Under the pieces are notes generated by a model, which saw nothing but the letters and a program-made list of their open reading frames with translations, did no database searches and was not told the DNA's origin. Shown piece after piece: positions 1 through 21,750 of a DNA stretch of 64,000 nucleotides (its first letter is position 1; each line of letters begins with the position of its first letter). Source of the DNA: the human T2T-CHM13v2.0 reference genome, Homo sapiens; the NCBI RefSeq assembly GCF_009914755.1, contig NC_060941.1. One strand, 5' to 3'. The translations under genes and the position numbers were made by a program.

Positions 1-4030
<4,030 letters not shown>

Positions 4031-4456
4031 AATAATGAAGACACTTGATTATTAATTTGTTCAACAACTGGACTTTTTTGGTCTAGTTTGTAATTCACTT
4101 TATCATTCTCTACCCCACATCTTCAAAGTAATTTTATTTTTCTTTTGCTTTTGAAAATGTTCTTTATTTTTGTATCACAACTGCAAGCAAAAATTTAGTC
4201 TTCAGGGAACAAAAAGGTCTGTGGTATGTTATATGAAATGTCATGTCTGAATGAGTTTGTTACAATGCTTTCAATGATATTTTCAAACAGTCTCCATGAG
4301 AGATCATTTCAATGAATATCAAACTGTTTTTAATGATTAGAGTAGTAGAAATAGTATATACAGAGAAAATCCACAGAGGTATAAAAGCTGGTGTCCAATA
4401 TTATGGTCACTCAGGTTGTTTCAGTTAGGTCTTTGTGATTAAAAAGAGAGGCTTCT

Positions 4457-4780
<324 letters not shown>

Positions 4781-7068
4781 AAAAAGAGAGCCTTTCATAA
4801 GTAGATGAAAATAGGGATGGTGGTTGTTACAACAATCAGTATGGAATCACATGGAAATAATCCAAGAAAATATATTAATATACCATTGAGCATCATTGAA
4901 ATTCAAACTAAATCCAGAAAGTGAAACATGATTTCATTGCACTTCAATCTATGCTTTAGTACTGCTATGATCCCTATTCCCTCTGCTTTTTTATTGTTGT
5001 TTCCTTTAGATGTCTTGTTGCTGCCTCTTTCACCATCTACCAGCTTTGCTGGCCTCTATTCTGTACATGTTTCTCTAAATTCAAGTTCCTGACTACTCAG
5101 GCAGATCTGTTATGATATCCGAGCCAAGTTCCACCCTTGCTGTAGATATTTTCATGTTTATTCCTATTACCAATTACTTCAGTTACTTTATAATTCACAA
5201 TTCAAGTATCCAAAATTGGGAATTCCATCTACCCAATTCATCTTTTGTTACAAGACCGCACCAAAGTTAACAGTTGAGCTTATGAATCGATTGTCTAGTG
5301 ATGAGGTGTGCAAATATTTAAAGCTTCAGGATATGGTCATATAGATAACCTTAGTAAATATATAGGTCAGTGCAACTTTCTTTAAAAGATGCTGTAAACT
5401 GAGCAAACACTGACTTTCACAAGTCTGATACTTACATAGATGAGAAATTAGAGGCCAGAATCAGAAACAATGGACAGAATTTACAAGGAGATAGATTTTG
5501 GAAAAAAGCACTGTTTAATATGTTTTTAAAATTCAAATATGTTATAGGGTGAGACCTTTCTGTTTAACCTTGAAATTTTGGTTTTTATGCATTTCAGATT
5601 ATATGAGAATCATCCTAAATAGTTGCAGTATTATTCAACTTTTATACAAGCAAAAATGCTGGTATTGTAGTATGAATGCTAAAAATAAAAAATGAAAATA
5701 AAAAAAGGACAAGGAATTCCAATAATATATCATTCCTTTCTTTATTATCCATGTTAATTTTTCAGAATGATGAGAGGGCAGGATGAATTAATGCTTGATG
5801 TTTTGCAAAATGCAAAAATTGTCTCAGGATTGTTCTGAAATTTAAATGTGAAGAACTAAATATGTTTCCCCCCGACAGCTTTTCTTGTAACTGGAAAACT
5901 TTCCAGAAATGCATCTGATAACAATTGTCTCCTAGATGTCTCTTATTCACACTTGGTTCTTTAGAAGGAATCATGCTTTCATTAATGACATTTTCTTTTC
6001 ACAGTTAATTGTCAGTCAGTCAACGTCTACCTTTGCCAAATGTCTGAAATAGTAGATAAGGGAAAAAGGTCTCACAAAATAGGACAGTATCTTCCTAAAT
6101 GCATAATATTATCTGTGAGATTAGTCATAAAACGAAATATTTAGACTCTGGTCTAAACTAGATAAACAGAAGAAAATTATTAGACATTTATATCAAAATG
6201 TCCTGGTTGATCATATCACATTTGGCTCTTTTAAAATGTAAAGCTGATACTTAAAGAGTTGTGCAATAGGAAGAAGTGGGAAAATTGCCACACACACACA
6301 CAAAGCCATTACAGAATAAGAATTTCAAAGTAGTCTAATCAAGTGCATCTTCAGGCAAATGTTTGCAAAAGTCTTTTTATAAAGAATGAACCATTAAAAT
6401 AAAAAAAGAGTCTATATAGATGTACCCTACTTCTAGAAGAAGAACAAATGTAATATCTAAGCATTGGCAGGTCATTACATTAAAAGCAATTTTGATAGTT
6501 AACTATGCAGAAACAGAAATATAAATCTGAAACACAGCTGTAATCACTCTATGGAAAAATCTCTGCTATTAAACACTTGGCAAAGTGGACAGCCTAACGA
6601 TGTAGTAAAATCCTTTGCACTAAATTCAGTCTGTTACCCCTGATGGAGATTAGGCATCATTAGATTTTGGTGCATGTTTCTGTTATCTTGCATTAAAGAG
6701 AGAGCTATGAATTTATTTCACAGAATTGATTTCAGTGGTTACAATATTAACTCCGGTTGTTGCTTTAAAAAATTACCTAGTAATTTAATAACTTTCCGTT
6801 GAGCAAAGTAATTGTAAAGACTTTTGTTTTCATCATGAACTTGTTGACTTAAAGATAGCATTATCTTTTTTTTTTTAAACAGGATTTTCCTTTGTGTGGA
6901 TGGGAGAATCCTCCTCTATCAATGCATTAGTTTGCTCACCATTCTTCCTACATTTATTAAAAGATTTTTGAGACAAGCTGCACCACAAACATTTTAAGAT
7001 TAAATGTAAAATAAGATTTGTAAAAGTTCAGTAATAGCTATGAAATATTGCAACGATGTATACGATAA

Positions 7069-7395
<327 letters not shown>

Positions 7396-7618
7396 CCATT
7401 TAATTTTTTTTTTTAATTATACTTTAAGTTCTAGGGTACAAGTGCACAACATGCAGTTTTGATACATAGGTATACATGTGCCATGTTGGTTTGCTGCACC
7501 CATCAACTCATCATTTACATTAGTATTTCTCCTAATGCTATCCCTCCCCCAGGCCCCCACCCCCCGACAGGCCCTGGTGTGTGATGTTCCCCGCCCTGTG
7601 TCCAAGTGATCTCATTGT

Positions 7619-12518
<4,900 letters not shown>

Positions 12519-12581
12519 TATGATGTTAGCTGGTTATTTTGCCCATTAATTGATGCAGTTTCTTCATAGCATCGATGGTCC

Positions 12582-13919
12582 TTACAATTTGGCCTGTTTT
12601 TGCAGGGACTGGTACCGCTTGTTCCTTTTCATGTTTAGTGCTTCCTTCAGGAGCTCTTGTAAGGGAGGTCTGGTGGTGACAAAATCTCTCAGCATTTGCT
12701 TGTTTGTAAAGGATTTTATTTCTCCTTCACTCATGAAGCTTAGTTTGGCTGGATGTGAAATTCTGGGTTAAAAATTCTTTTCTTTAAGAATGTTGAATAT
12801 TGGCCCCCACTCTCTTCTGGCTTGTAGGGTTTCTACTGAGAGATCCACTGCTAGTCTGATGTGCTTCCCTCTGTGGGTAACTCGACCTTTCTCTCTGGCT
12901 TCCCTTTACACTTTTTCCTTCATTTCAACCTTGGTGAATCTGACAATTATATGTCTTGGGTTTGCTCTTCTCGGGGAGTATCTTTGTGGTGTTCTCTGTA
13001 TTTCCTGAATTTGGATGTTGGCCTGCCTTGCTATATTGGGGAAGTTCTCCTGGATAATATCCTGAAGAGTGTTTTCCAACTTGGTTCCATTCTCCCCATC
13101 ACTTTCAGGTGCACCAATCAAACGTAGATTTGGTCTTTTCACATAGTCCCATATTTCTTTTTTTTTTTTTTTTGAGATGGAGTCTCGCTCTTTCACCCAG
13201 GCTGGAGTGCAGTGACGCTATCTCGGCTCACTGCAAGCTCCACTTCCTGGGTTCATGCCATTCTCCTGCCTCCGCCTCTTGAGTAGCTGAGAATACAGGC
13301 ACCTGCCACTGCGCCCAGCTAATTTTTTATATTTTTAGTAGAGACGGGGTTTCACCGTGTTAGCCAGGATGGTCTCGATCTCCTGACCTTGTGATCCACC
13401 AATCTTGGCCTCCCAAAGTGCTGGGATTACAGGCGTGAGCCACTGTGCCCGGCCATAGTCCCATATTTCTTGGAGGTTTGTTCATTTTTTTTTCACTCTT
13501 TTTTCTCTGTCCTTGGTTTCTTGCTTTATTTCATTAATTTGATCTTCAATCACAGATACCCTTTCTTCCACTTGATCGAATTGGCTATTGAAGCTTGTGC
13601 ATGTGTCATTAAGTTCTTGTGTGAGGGTTTTCAGCTCTATCAGGTCATTTAAAGTCTTCTCCACACTGTTTATTCTAGTTAGCCCTTTGTCTAATCTTTT
13701 TTCAAGGTTTCTAGCTTCCTTGTGATGGGTTCGAACATCCTCCTTTAGTTCAGAGAAGTTTGTTATTACCGACCTTCTGATGCCTACTTCTGTCAACTTG
13801 TCAAAGTCATTCTCCATCCAGCTTTGTTCCGTTGCTGGTCAGGATCTGCGATCCTTTGGAAGAGAAGAGGTGTTCTGATTTTTAGAATTTTCAGATTTTC
13901 TGTTCTGGTTTCTTCCCAT
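12582..13919 (-). pseudogene. L1 ORF1, disrupted by AluY
   Basis: MENDFDKLTEVG... and [15 protein letters not shown]... peptides; ATG complement at 13917-13919, stop complement at 12582-12584. Confidence 0.9.
13160..13454 (-). mobile_element. AluY inserted in L1 ORF1
   Basis: AluY diagnostics (caagctcc, gttagccaggatggtctcgatc); perfect 17-bp TSD atagtcccatatttctt at 13143-13159 and 13455-13471. Confidence 0.97.
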
Positions 13920-14945
13920 CTTTGTGGTTTTATCTACCTTTGGTCTTTGATATTGGTGACCTACAGATGGGGTTTTGGTGTAGATGACCTTTTTGTTGAT
14001 GTTGATGCTATTCTTTTCTGTTTGTTAGTTTTTCCTTTTAACAGGTCCCTCAGCTTCAGATCTGTTGGAGTTTGCCGGAGTTCCACTCCAGATCCTCATT
14101 GCCTGGCTATCACCAGCGGAGGCTGCAGAACAGCAAATATTGCTGCCTGATCCTTCCTCTGGAAGCTTTGCCCCAGAGGGTCAGTCGCCTATATGAGGTA
14201 TCAGTCAGCACCTACTGGGAGGTGTCTCACAGTTAGGCTGCATGGGGATCAGGGGCCCACTTGAGGAGGCAGTCTCTCCGTTCTGAGAGTTCAGACGCCA
14301 TGCTGGGAGAACCACTGCTCTCTTCAGAGCTGTCAGACAGGGATGTCTACATCCCTTCAGACTACAAAAGTTGTCTGCTGCCTTTTGTTCAGCTATGCCC
14401 TGCCCACAGAGGTGGAATCTAAAGGCAGTAGGCCTTGTTGTGCTGTGGTGGGCTCTGCCCCGTTCAAGCTTCTCAGAGGCTTTGTTTACCAACTCAAGCC
14501 TCAGCAATGGTGAAGGCCCTCCCCCAGCCAGCCTGCTGTCTCACAGATCGATCTCAGACTGCTGTGCAGGTGGTGAGCAAGGCTCTGTGGACATGGGAGC
14601 CACTGAGCTAGGCACGGGAGAGAATCACCTTGTCTGCCAGTTGCTAAGACTTTGGGAAAAGCACTGTATTTGGGTGGGAGTGTCCCATTTTTCCAGGTAG
14701 TCTGTCATGGCTTCCCTTGGCTAGGAAAGGGAAATCCCTTGACCGCTTGTGCTTCCCAGTTGAGGTGACACCCCGCCCTGCTTTGGCTTGCCCTCCGTGG
14801 GCTGCACCCACTGTCTGACCAGTCCTAATGAGGTGAACCAGGTACCTTAGTTGGAAAGGCAGAAATCACCAGTCTTCTGTGTTGATCACGCTGGGAGCTG
14901 CAGACTGGAGCTGTTTCTATTCAGCCACCTTGGAATGCACCCCCT
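13920..14945. promoter_or_regulatory. L1 5'UTR: internal sense promoter (minus strand) and antisense promoter/ORF0 region (plus strand)
   Basis: GC-richer L1PA 5'UTR; plus-strand frame 14371-14700 encodes PPPASLLSHRSISDCCA...VGVSHFSR, similar to L1 ORF0; activity not shown. Confidence 0.7.
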
Positions 14946-15760
14946 AAATTTTTTAGTGAGAGACATACACTACTTTTTTTCCCAACCTGGAACATTTGCT
15001 TTAAATCTATAACAATTACCATTTCAGTTTATCTCTTTCTTCCCCTTAGGTGGAAACACAGAAGTGGAATCTAGAGGCAGTAGGCCTTGGTGAGCACTTC
15101 TATCATCATCTTAAGCATAATGATGGTTGCTCTTCATTTTCACTCACACCCTCTAACTTGTTCTCATTTTATGTGTGGCACCTAAGAGAGTGCTCCTAAT
15201 ATATAATTTTCTAAAATGTAATAACATACTTCTCATAAAAATATCAAATGAACATATGTTAGTGATATTATTTAACTTGTGAATTAATGAAGCAATGTTA
15301 AAACTGGCTCACATGAGAATTTAAGGTGGTTAGCTATTTACAGAAAATTTAATAAAGCAATGCTAGAATAAGATTTCTGAATGAGATACAACACTAGTTA
15401 ACATCCAATAGGTTAATAAAACATAACCTTTGTGGTTATCTATTCTTCTGGAAAGAAGTGATTTGCATCTCTATCAGAAGTAAATCTACAAGTGAATTTC
15501 TGCCCCTTCCAAGCTGTTAAAGAACCCAGTCAATAAAAAGTCAATCAAGAGGGCAAACACAGAACTGCTTTGAGAGAACACCCAATAATCTCTTTTGTCA
15601 TTTCCATGTTTTCATAATATTTTGACAGTGCCTTGAAAATAACGGACATTTATGAAATATATGTGGAATTGGAGAAGTAGAGACTGAGTGGATCTGAAGT
15701 CCTTTATACCGTGGTTTTGGGATATCACTAGTTAAAAACTTCTGATTAAAGGCCATATGA

Positions 15761-15920
15761 AGCTGGGTGTGGTGGCACATACCTCAGGAAGCTGAGGTGG
15801 GAGAATCACTTGAGCTCAGGAGAACGAGGCTGGAGTGAGCTATAACTGTGCCACTGCACTCCAGCCTGTGCAAGAGTGAGGCCCCATCTCTAAAAACATT
15901 AAAAAAAAAAACTAGATAAA
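15761..15920 (+). mobile_element. Free Alu monomer (FRAM-like) with a small internal deletion
   Basis: Right-monomer sequence with A tail; perfect 14-bp TSD taaaggccatatga at 15747-15760 and 15921-15934. Confidence 0.9.
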
Positions 15921-16225
15921 TAAAGGCCATATGATTATTCTCAAGCAGGCTCCACTAGACAAACAACAAGACCAAGAAGGTCAGGGCACTCAGAAGAGAT
16001 GTGTAACTGCTTTCTGAGCAAAGCTGGATAAATGGTACTGGGAAAATATAAATATTATTGATCCATGATATCTTAAAAGTTTGAAAGAGATAAAGGCATT
16101 TTGCACATTTCTGCAATTAGAATGTACTTTTGGCACATATCTTGATGAGTATACTGCTATATATGAAGCCTCCTACAGATGGGGGCTTCTTTTTAAGTTG
16201 CATGTTGTGAGAGATAATTGATTAA

Positions 16226-16607
<382 letters not shown>

Positions 16608-17249
16608 TCAATTTATTTTATGTTGGTGTCATTTATCTTTTATTTTCTAAAATCTGAATTTTGAAGTTTAGACTCTGAAACCCAATTTATCTTCCTCATT
16701 TGTAAAGGTAAGCTAAATATTAGCTTTTTAAGAAAATAATTATTCAAAAATTAATAAAATTCTACAATTCCTTGAAGACTGTTTGAAACCTTCTTTGTTC
16801 CCTTAAACATACACTGTGAATTATTTTCCTATTATAAATAATAATAATATGATAATCCCTCTTAAAGTTCAATCTTTGTCAACATTTATGATATTTTTCT
16901 TAGGTTAAATTTCTACAAATATTTTTAAAATTCTGTAATATTTTCATAGGCTAAATTTCTGCTATAATTTCTGAGTTAATCTGTTTATGCAATTTTTAAC
17001 CATTTTGAATGTATTGTCCTATTTTCTTCCAGAAAAAAGAAATCTTTTTAATTTACTGTCCCAATAACAATACATAGGAAGGCTTAATTCTCCTTTTGCT
17101 AATACTGTTGGCAATTTGAAGGCTGAAAAGTGGTACTTAGATTTTGGAGGGTTTTTTTTAACGTATTTGATTCCAAAGATAAAACATATATCCAAAGGAT
17201 TATTGGTTGCAATGTTATTTTGGATAATAGATGTTTTTCATTTACCCAT

Positions 17250-17470
17250 CTAGAATCGTTCTTCATCACCTTTACCTGTCTGCTCTGTTGCCCTGTGATG
17301 CTGACGTCTATGGAATGCATCAATATGATCCCTCTTCATCTGTGTGCAGCTTTGCAGCTGTAATTAGCTAATGAGAGCCTCCTGCTGAAGATGGGGTGGT
17401 GGGAGTACTATTAAGCCAATTTTTCCCCAATCCGCTTTCTCTTGCTTATCATGTGTTGGATGTATTTCTC
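17250..17470. mobile_element. Old ERVL LTR fragment (LTR33-like)
   Basis: tgctctgttgccctgtgatgctgacgtctatggaatgcatcaa resembles the LTR33 family; diverged. Confidence 0.45.
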
Positions 17471-17479
17471 TAAGTAGTG

Positions 17480-17913
17480 GTGCTCATAGATGTAGCTCCT
17501 AGATCCCTTTACTGAAATAGTGCATTTGTCTCCAAGTTGCTTTAATTACTGGTTGCTAACAGTTGCCCCTTATCTACAGAATTGTCCTCGGCCAAATGGG
17601 AATTACCTTGCCAGGTAAGTTATGCCGATGTTCACAGGGGTAAGACAATTACTGGCTTACACTGGGATACACAACTCCCCTACCCTTCTTCCTCAAAGTG
17701 GAATCAACTCTGTGGGGCAATTAATACTGCAGAGCTCCCCAAGGGATCAGACTAAAGATTCGGTACAGTTGGAGTCACACAGTTGCTTACCTTTTTCCTC
17801 CTTTGTTCTATCCTGCTTTTCTCACTCACCTTCTCCTAATAGCACTTTCTCAATAAATCAACTGCAAATAATTCCTGTTTCAGGCTCTGCTTCTAAGAAT
17901 TTGACCTAGTACA
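17480..17913 (+). mobile_element. LTR16-family ERVL LTR (5' LTR of the provirus fragment)
   Basis: Ends caataaatc...tcaggctctgcttctaagaatttgacctagtaca, the typical LTR16 3' end. Confidence 0.7.
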
Positions 17914-19920
17914 GTGGATACCAGGACTGATTTTAGGGAGCAGGCTCAAAAGATGAGTTGAATCTCTTGTAATGAGAACTCCATCACTGGTTGTACGTAA
18001 AGTATCGATGGGCCATTGCATGTTATAGCAGTGTGATTTTTAAGACTTCTCTATTGAAAAGGAACTGGATAAAAGTGGAAGGGAATTTACTATCTGGAGA
18101 GTGTCTCTTACATTTAAGAGGAATAAAGAAAAGAGTATAGAAACTATGGCACTGTGTGTCTATTACTAAGTACTATTGATTCATGTAAAGTGCAGATGAC
18201 AAGCTCAGATTTAGTAATCAGCCATGTAAAACAGTGTGAGGGGAAAGGCATCTGTGACTTCCTTATACAGACACCCCGTCTTCTGCAGTTGGAGGACAGA
18301 CAGAACTGAAGACTGAAGGCACAGTGAAGGTACAAGAGATCATTTAAGAGTGGCAGAACCTTAGAGAAGGCTGACTTCTCAGCCTAGGTAAGTCTCCTAC
18401 GCCAAAGTTAGGGCCATGATAAGGAAGGGATGGGACGTTGATGTTTGAATGGAGATGTATGCGTAGATGCACTTAAACCTGAATCCGCTGATTACCCTAA
18501 TATTTCTGTGTTTGCAGAAGTGGCCTACTCCCTTGGAGTATAAAGCCCCATTCTTGCTAAAAGACTGTGCAGAAGCCTCAAATGAGACAGGTGCCTTATA
18601 CCATAATGCTTTCCCTCCTCAGGGTACCCCGAGCTCCCCTCCTGGCTGCCACAATCATAACTAGGGTCAAATCTCAGCATTACTGTCATCTGCTAAGGAA
18701 TAACAATGAATGTAACCATACAAACTTCAGAGCCTGGCTAATACACTGTGAGGAACTAAGAAATTATATTGAATAGTAGATACTAACAATGTTGGATCAA
18801 AACAGTCTATATATGTATATATATTATATATATAATTATATATATCGAATTATATATATAATATATATTATTCCATTTTATGTATATATAAAAATATATA
18901 ACTGAATAAAGAGTTTGTTAATATGGAAGCACTATTGTGATTCAGGATTTAACACCCAGATGAAGATTCTCATATGCTTCCGGAATGGCTCTTGGGAGCC
19001 TGGATAAAAAATAGAAGCACAGGTGCCATAATTGCCATAGTAAATCATGAAGGTAAAGATCAAAGGCCCAGAAAATGGACCTATTGAAATAAATCTACTT
19101 ATATGGTAGACCAAAAATAAATAAATAAATAACCCAAAGCAAAACCACAAAACATCATCTAGTGATATTTCTCAAGAGGGTCCAGAGTACATTTTATACG
19201 ATTTACAAAAGTGATAAAGAATGTATCAAGGAAAAGGAAGCCAGCATCACAGTGTCATTAAGAGACCCAGAGAAGCTGGTCCTTGTGTGCAATGCTATCT
19301 GAAAGAGATGCTGTTACAAACTGGACTCTCTAATAACAATGGGTATGACAGGAACTGAGAAAAAAAGGCCAGGTGGCAGCACTTAACCAACAAAAGCAAG
19401 GTGGGCTATTTCAATGGGTAGGGGTAGGCACAACTACAATTGGCAAGATAAGAATAGCAGCTGTAAGGCCTAATCCATAGCTATCTATGGAGATGATTAA
19501 TAGAATATGTCATTTTAGGAGCAGGATAGATAAACAACTAAAAAGCACATTGTTTATTAGAATCAAAGGAAATCAAGAATAGTTGGGCAGAAAGCTGAGG
19601 TCAGCTGCCCACTACAAAGTCACAAGCCCCTCATATTTCCTAGATATGATTAGTCCTCATACCCAGACCCAAACAGCTGATGAAAGGGCTGCATCTTAAT
19701 TAAGAAAGACTCTACAAAACCAGGGCAAGAGTTTATAGGAATGACTTCCCCACAGACAACCTATGACCTTTTACTCAACTTACCATACACTGAAGAAAGG
19801 GGAATACCAGATCTCTTGAGCGTTGTTGAATACGAGGTTCATGCTGATGCTATTACAGTTACAGTAAGAATCCCGGAGTACCAGGTCAGATAATAAAGTC
19901 CTGGCCTATGACTCATTGGC
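17914..19920 (+). mobile_element. ERVL internal sequence (ERV3-16A3-like), degenerate gag region
   Basis: Directly follows the LTR with gtggataccaggactgattttagggagcaggctc; contains ERVL-type ggccaggtggcagcacttaacc; no intact ORF. Confidence 0.6.
18806..18900. repeat. (TA)n-rich simple repeat
   Basis: Visible TA/TTA run. Confidence 0.85.
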
Positions 19921-19991
19921 AGAATCTTCACATTTGTTTCTTAACTTGTAGGTTTTTGTGTAGTTCTGGACTTGTGCATAGTTTTAAAAAG

Positions 19992-20026
19992 TGTGTGTGT
20001 CTGTGTGTGTGTGTGTGTGTGTGTGT
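19992..20026. repeat. (TG)n microsatellite at an Alu tail
   Basis: About 17 TG units with one interruption. Confidence 0.95.
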
Positions 20027-20028
20027 AA

Positions 20029-20329
20029 TTTTTTTTCAGAGATAGGCTGCTGCTCTGTTGCTCTGGCAGGAGTGCAGTGATGCAGTCATAGCTCACTGAA
20101 GCAGTGAAGTTCTGGGATCAAGTGATCCTCTGCCTCAGCCTCTCAAATACCTGGGATTATGGGCACATGCCACCATGCCTGGCTAATTTTTTTTTAATCT
20201 TAATTTTTTTGTGGAGACAGGTTCTTGCTATGTTGCCCAGGCTGATCTCAGACTCCTGCTCTCAAACAATCCTCTCGCCTCAGCCTCCTAAAGTGCTGGG
20301 ATTATAGGCATAAGCCATGATACCCAGCC
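20029..20329 (-). mobile_element. AluJ
   Basis: Diverged antisense Alu dimer (gtcatagctcactgaagc; ttgctatgttgcccaggctg). Confidence 0.9.
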
Positions 20330-20344
20330 ACTTTTCTAATACAT

Positions 20345-20865
20345 ATATATATAATATACATAGTATATATTATATATATAATATACATAGTATATATTAT
20401 ATATATAATATACATAGTATATATTATATATATAATATACATAGTATATATTATATATATAATATACATAGTATATATTATATATATAATATACATAGTA
20501 TATATTATATATAATATACATAGTATATATTATATATAATATACATAGTATATATTATATATATAATATACATAGTATATATTATATATAATATACATAG
20601 TATATATTATATATATAATATACATAGTATATATTATATATATAATATACATAGTATATAATATATATAATATACATAGTACATATTTATATATAATATA
20701 CATAGTACATATTATATATATAATATACATAGTACATATTATATATAATATATATAGTATATATTATATATAGTATATATAGTATATATTATATATAATA
20801 TATATAGTATATATTATATAATATTATATATAGTATATATTTATATATATATTATATATATATAT
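20345..20865. repeat. AT-rich minisatellite (VNTR), 25-27 bp unit ATATATAATATACATAGTATATATTAT, about 19-20 copies
   Basis: Direct reading; near-identical units at the left that degenerate to the right; explains the repetitive YNIHSIYYI ORFs. Confidence 0.95.
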
Positions 20866-20879
20866 GAGAAAAAATATAC

Positions 20880-21072
20880 AACCTTTGCCTCCTGGGCTGG
20901 GATTACAGGCACCCACCACCATGCCCAGCTAACTTTTTTTTTTTGTATTTTTAGTAGAGATGGGGTTTCACTATCTTGACCAGGCTGGTCTCGAACATCT
21001 GACCTCAAGTGATCTGTCCACCTTGGACTACCAAAGTGCTGGGATTACAGGCATGAGCCACAGCGCCTGGCC
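20880..21072 (-). mobile_element. Partial AluS (left arm intact, right arm largely deleted)
   Basis: gcctcctgggctgggattacaggc deletion junction; ends cgcctggcc; TSD tctaatacat at 20335-20344 and 21073-21082. Confidence 0.85.
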
Positions 21073-21149
21073 TCTAATACATTATATACTGGAAACAAGA
21101 GGAAGAAGTGGGGAGGCACCCATAACAGAATACAAACAGAAAAAAATGA

Positions 21150-21750
21150 CCCTGTATTTAAAAGAATAACTACACTGAAGAAAGCAAGGTAGAGGACCAA
21201 CCCCGTCATTTTGCATTTTGTAATGGACAGGGGGATTCTTGTCTCTCCTGATATGATGCAACAGGAAGGATACAACATTTCTTCTATGGTGTTCCTGTCA
21301 AAAAAATTATTACCCACATCTAATCATTAGGAAAAGTTTGACAACCCAATTGAGGGACATTCTACCAAATAACGACTTCATACATTTAAAAATGTCAAGT
21401 TTATAAAAATGTTGAACTATTCTGTTAAAGGTGACTACAGACACATGACAACTAAATACTGAATGTGATCTGGATTTGATTCTGCACAACAAAAAATAAA
21501 AGAAATTTTTATTTAGGACACTCGTGGGACAATTGGTAAAGTCTAAAGGAAATCTGTGATAATAGCATTCTGTCATTGTTAATTCTTGAATTTGAGAATC
21601 ATACTGTATTTGGAATAAACATATTAGAACACTTTGAAGTGAAGGATAAAGAAATTACCATAAAATATTTGCATAATCTAGATGAAACATATATGGGAGT
21701 TATTTGTATCAATTTTCCAACTTTTCTATAAGCCTGAAATCATTTTATTT
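21150..21750 (+). mobile_element. L1MC-type 3' end fragment
   Basis: acaacccaattgagggacattctaccaaataac and gacatgacaactaaatactgaatgtgatctggatttg motifs. Confidence 0.6.

Noticed and set aside
20302-20730. Repetitive ORFs (YNIHSIYYI / MYIIYIIYT)
   Set aside because: Translation artefacts of the 27-bp AT-rich VNTR; no promoter or splice context
20345-20865. CRISPR-like array
   Set aside because: Head-to-tail units with no unique spacers, in primate DNA
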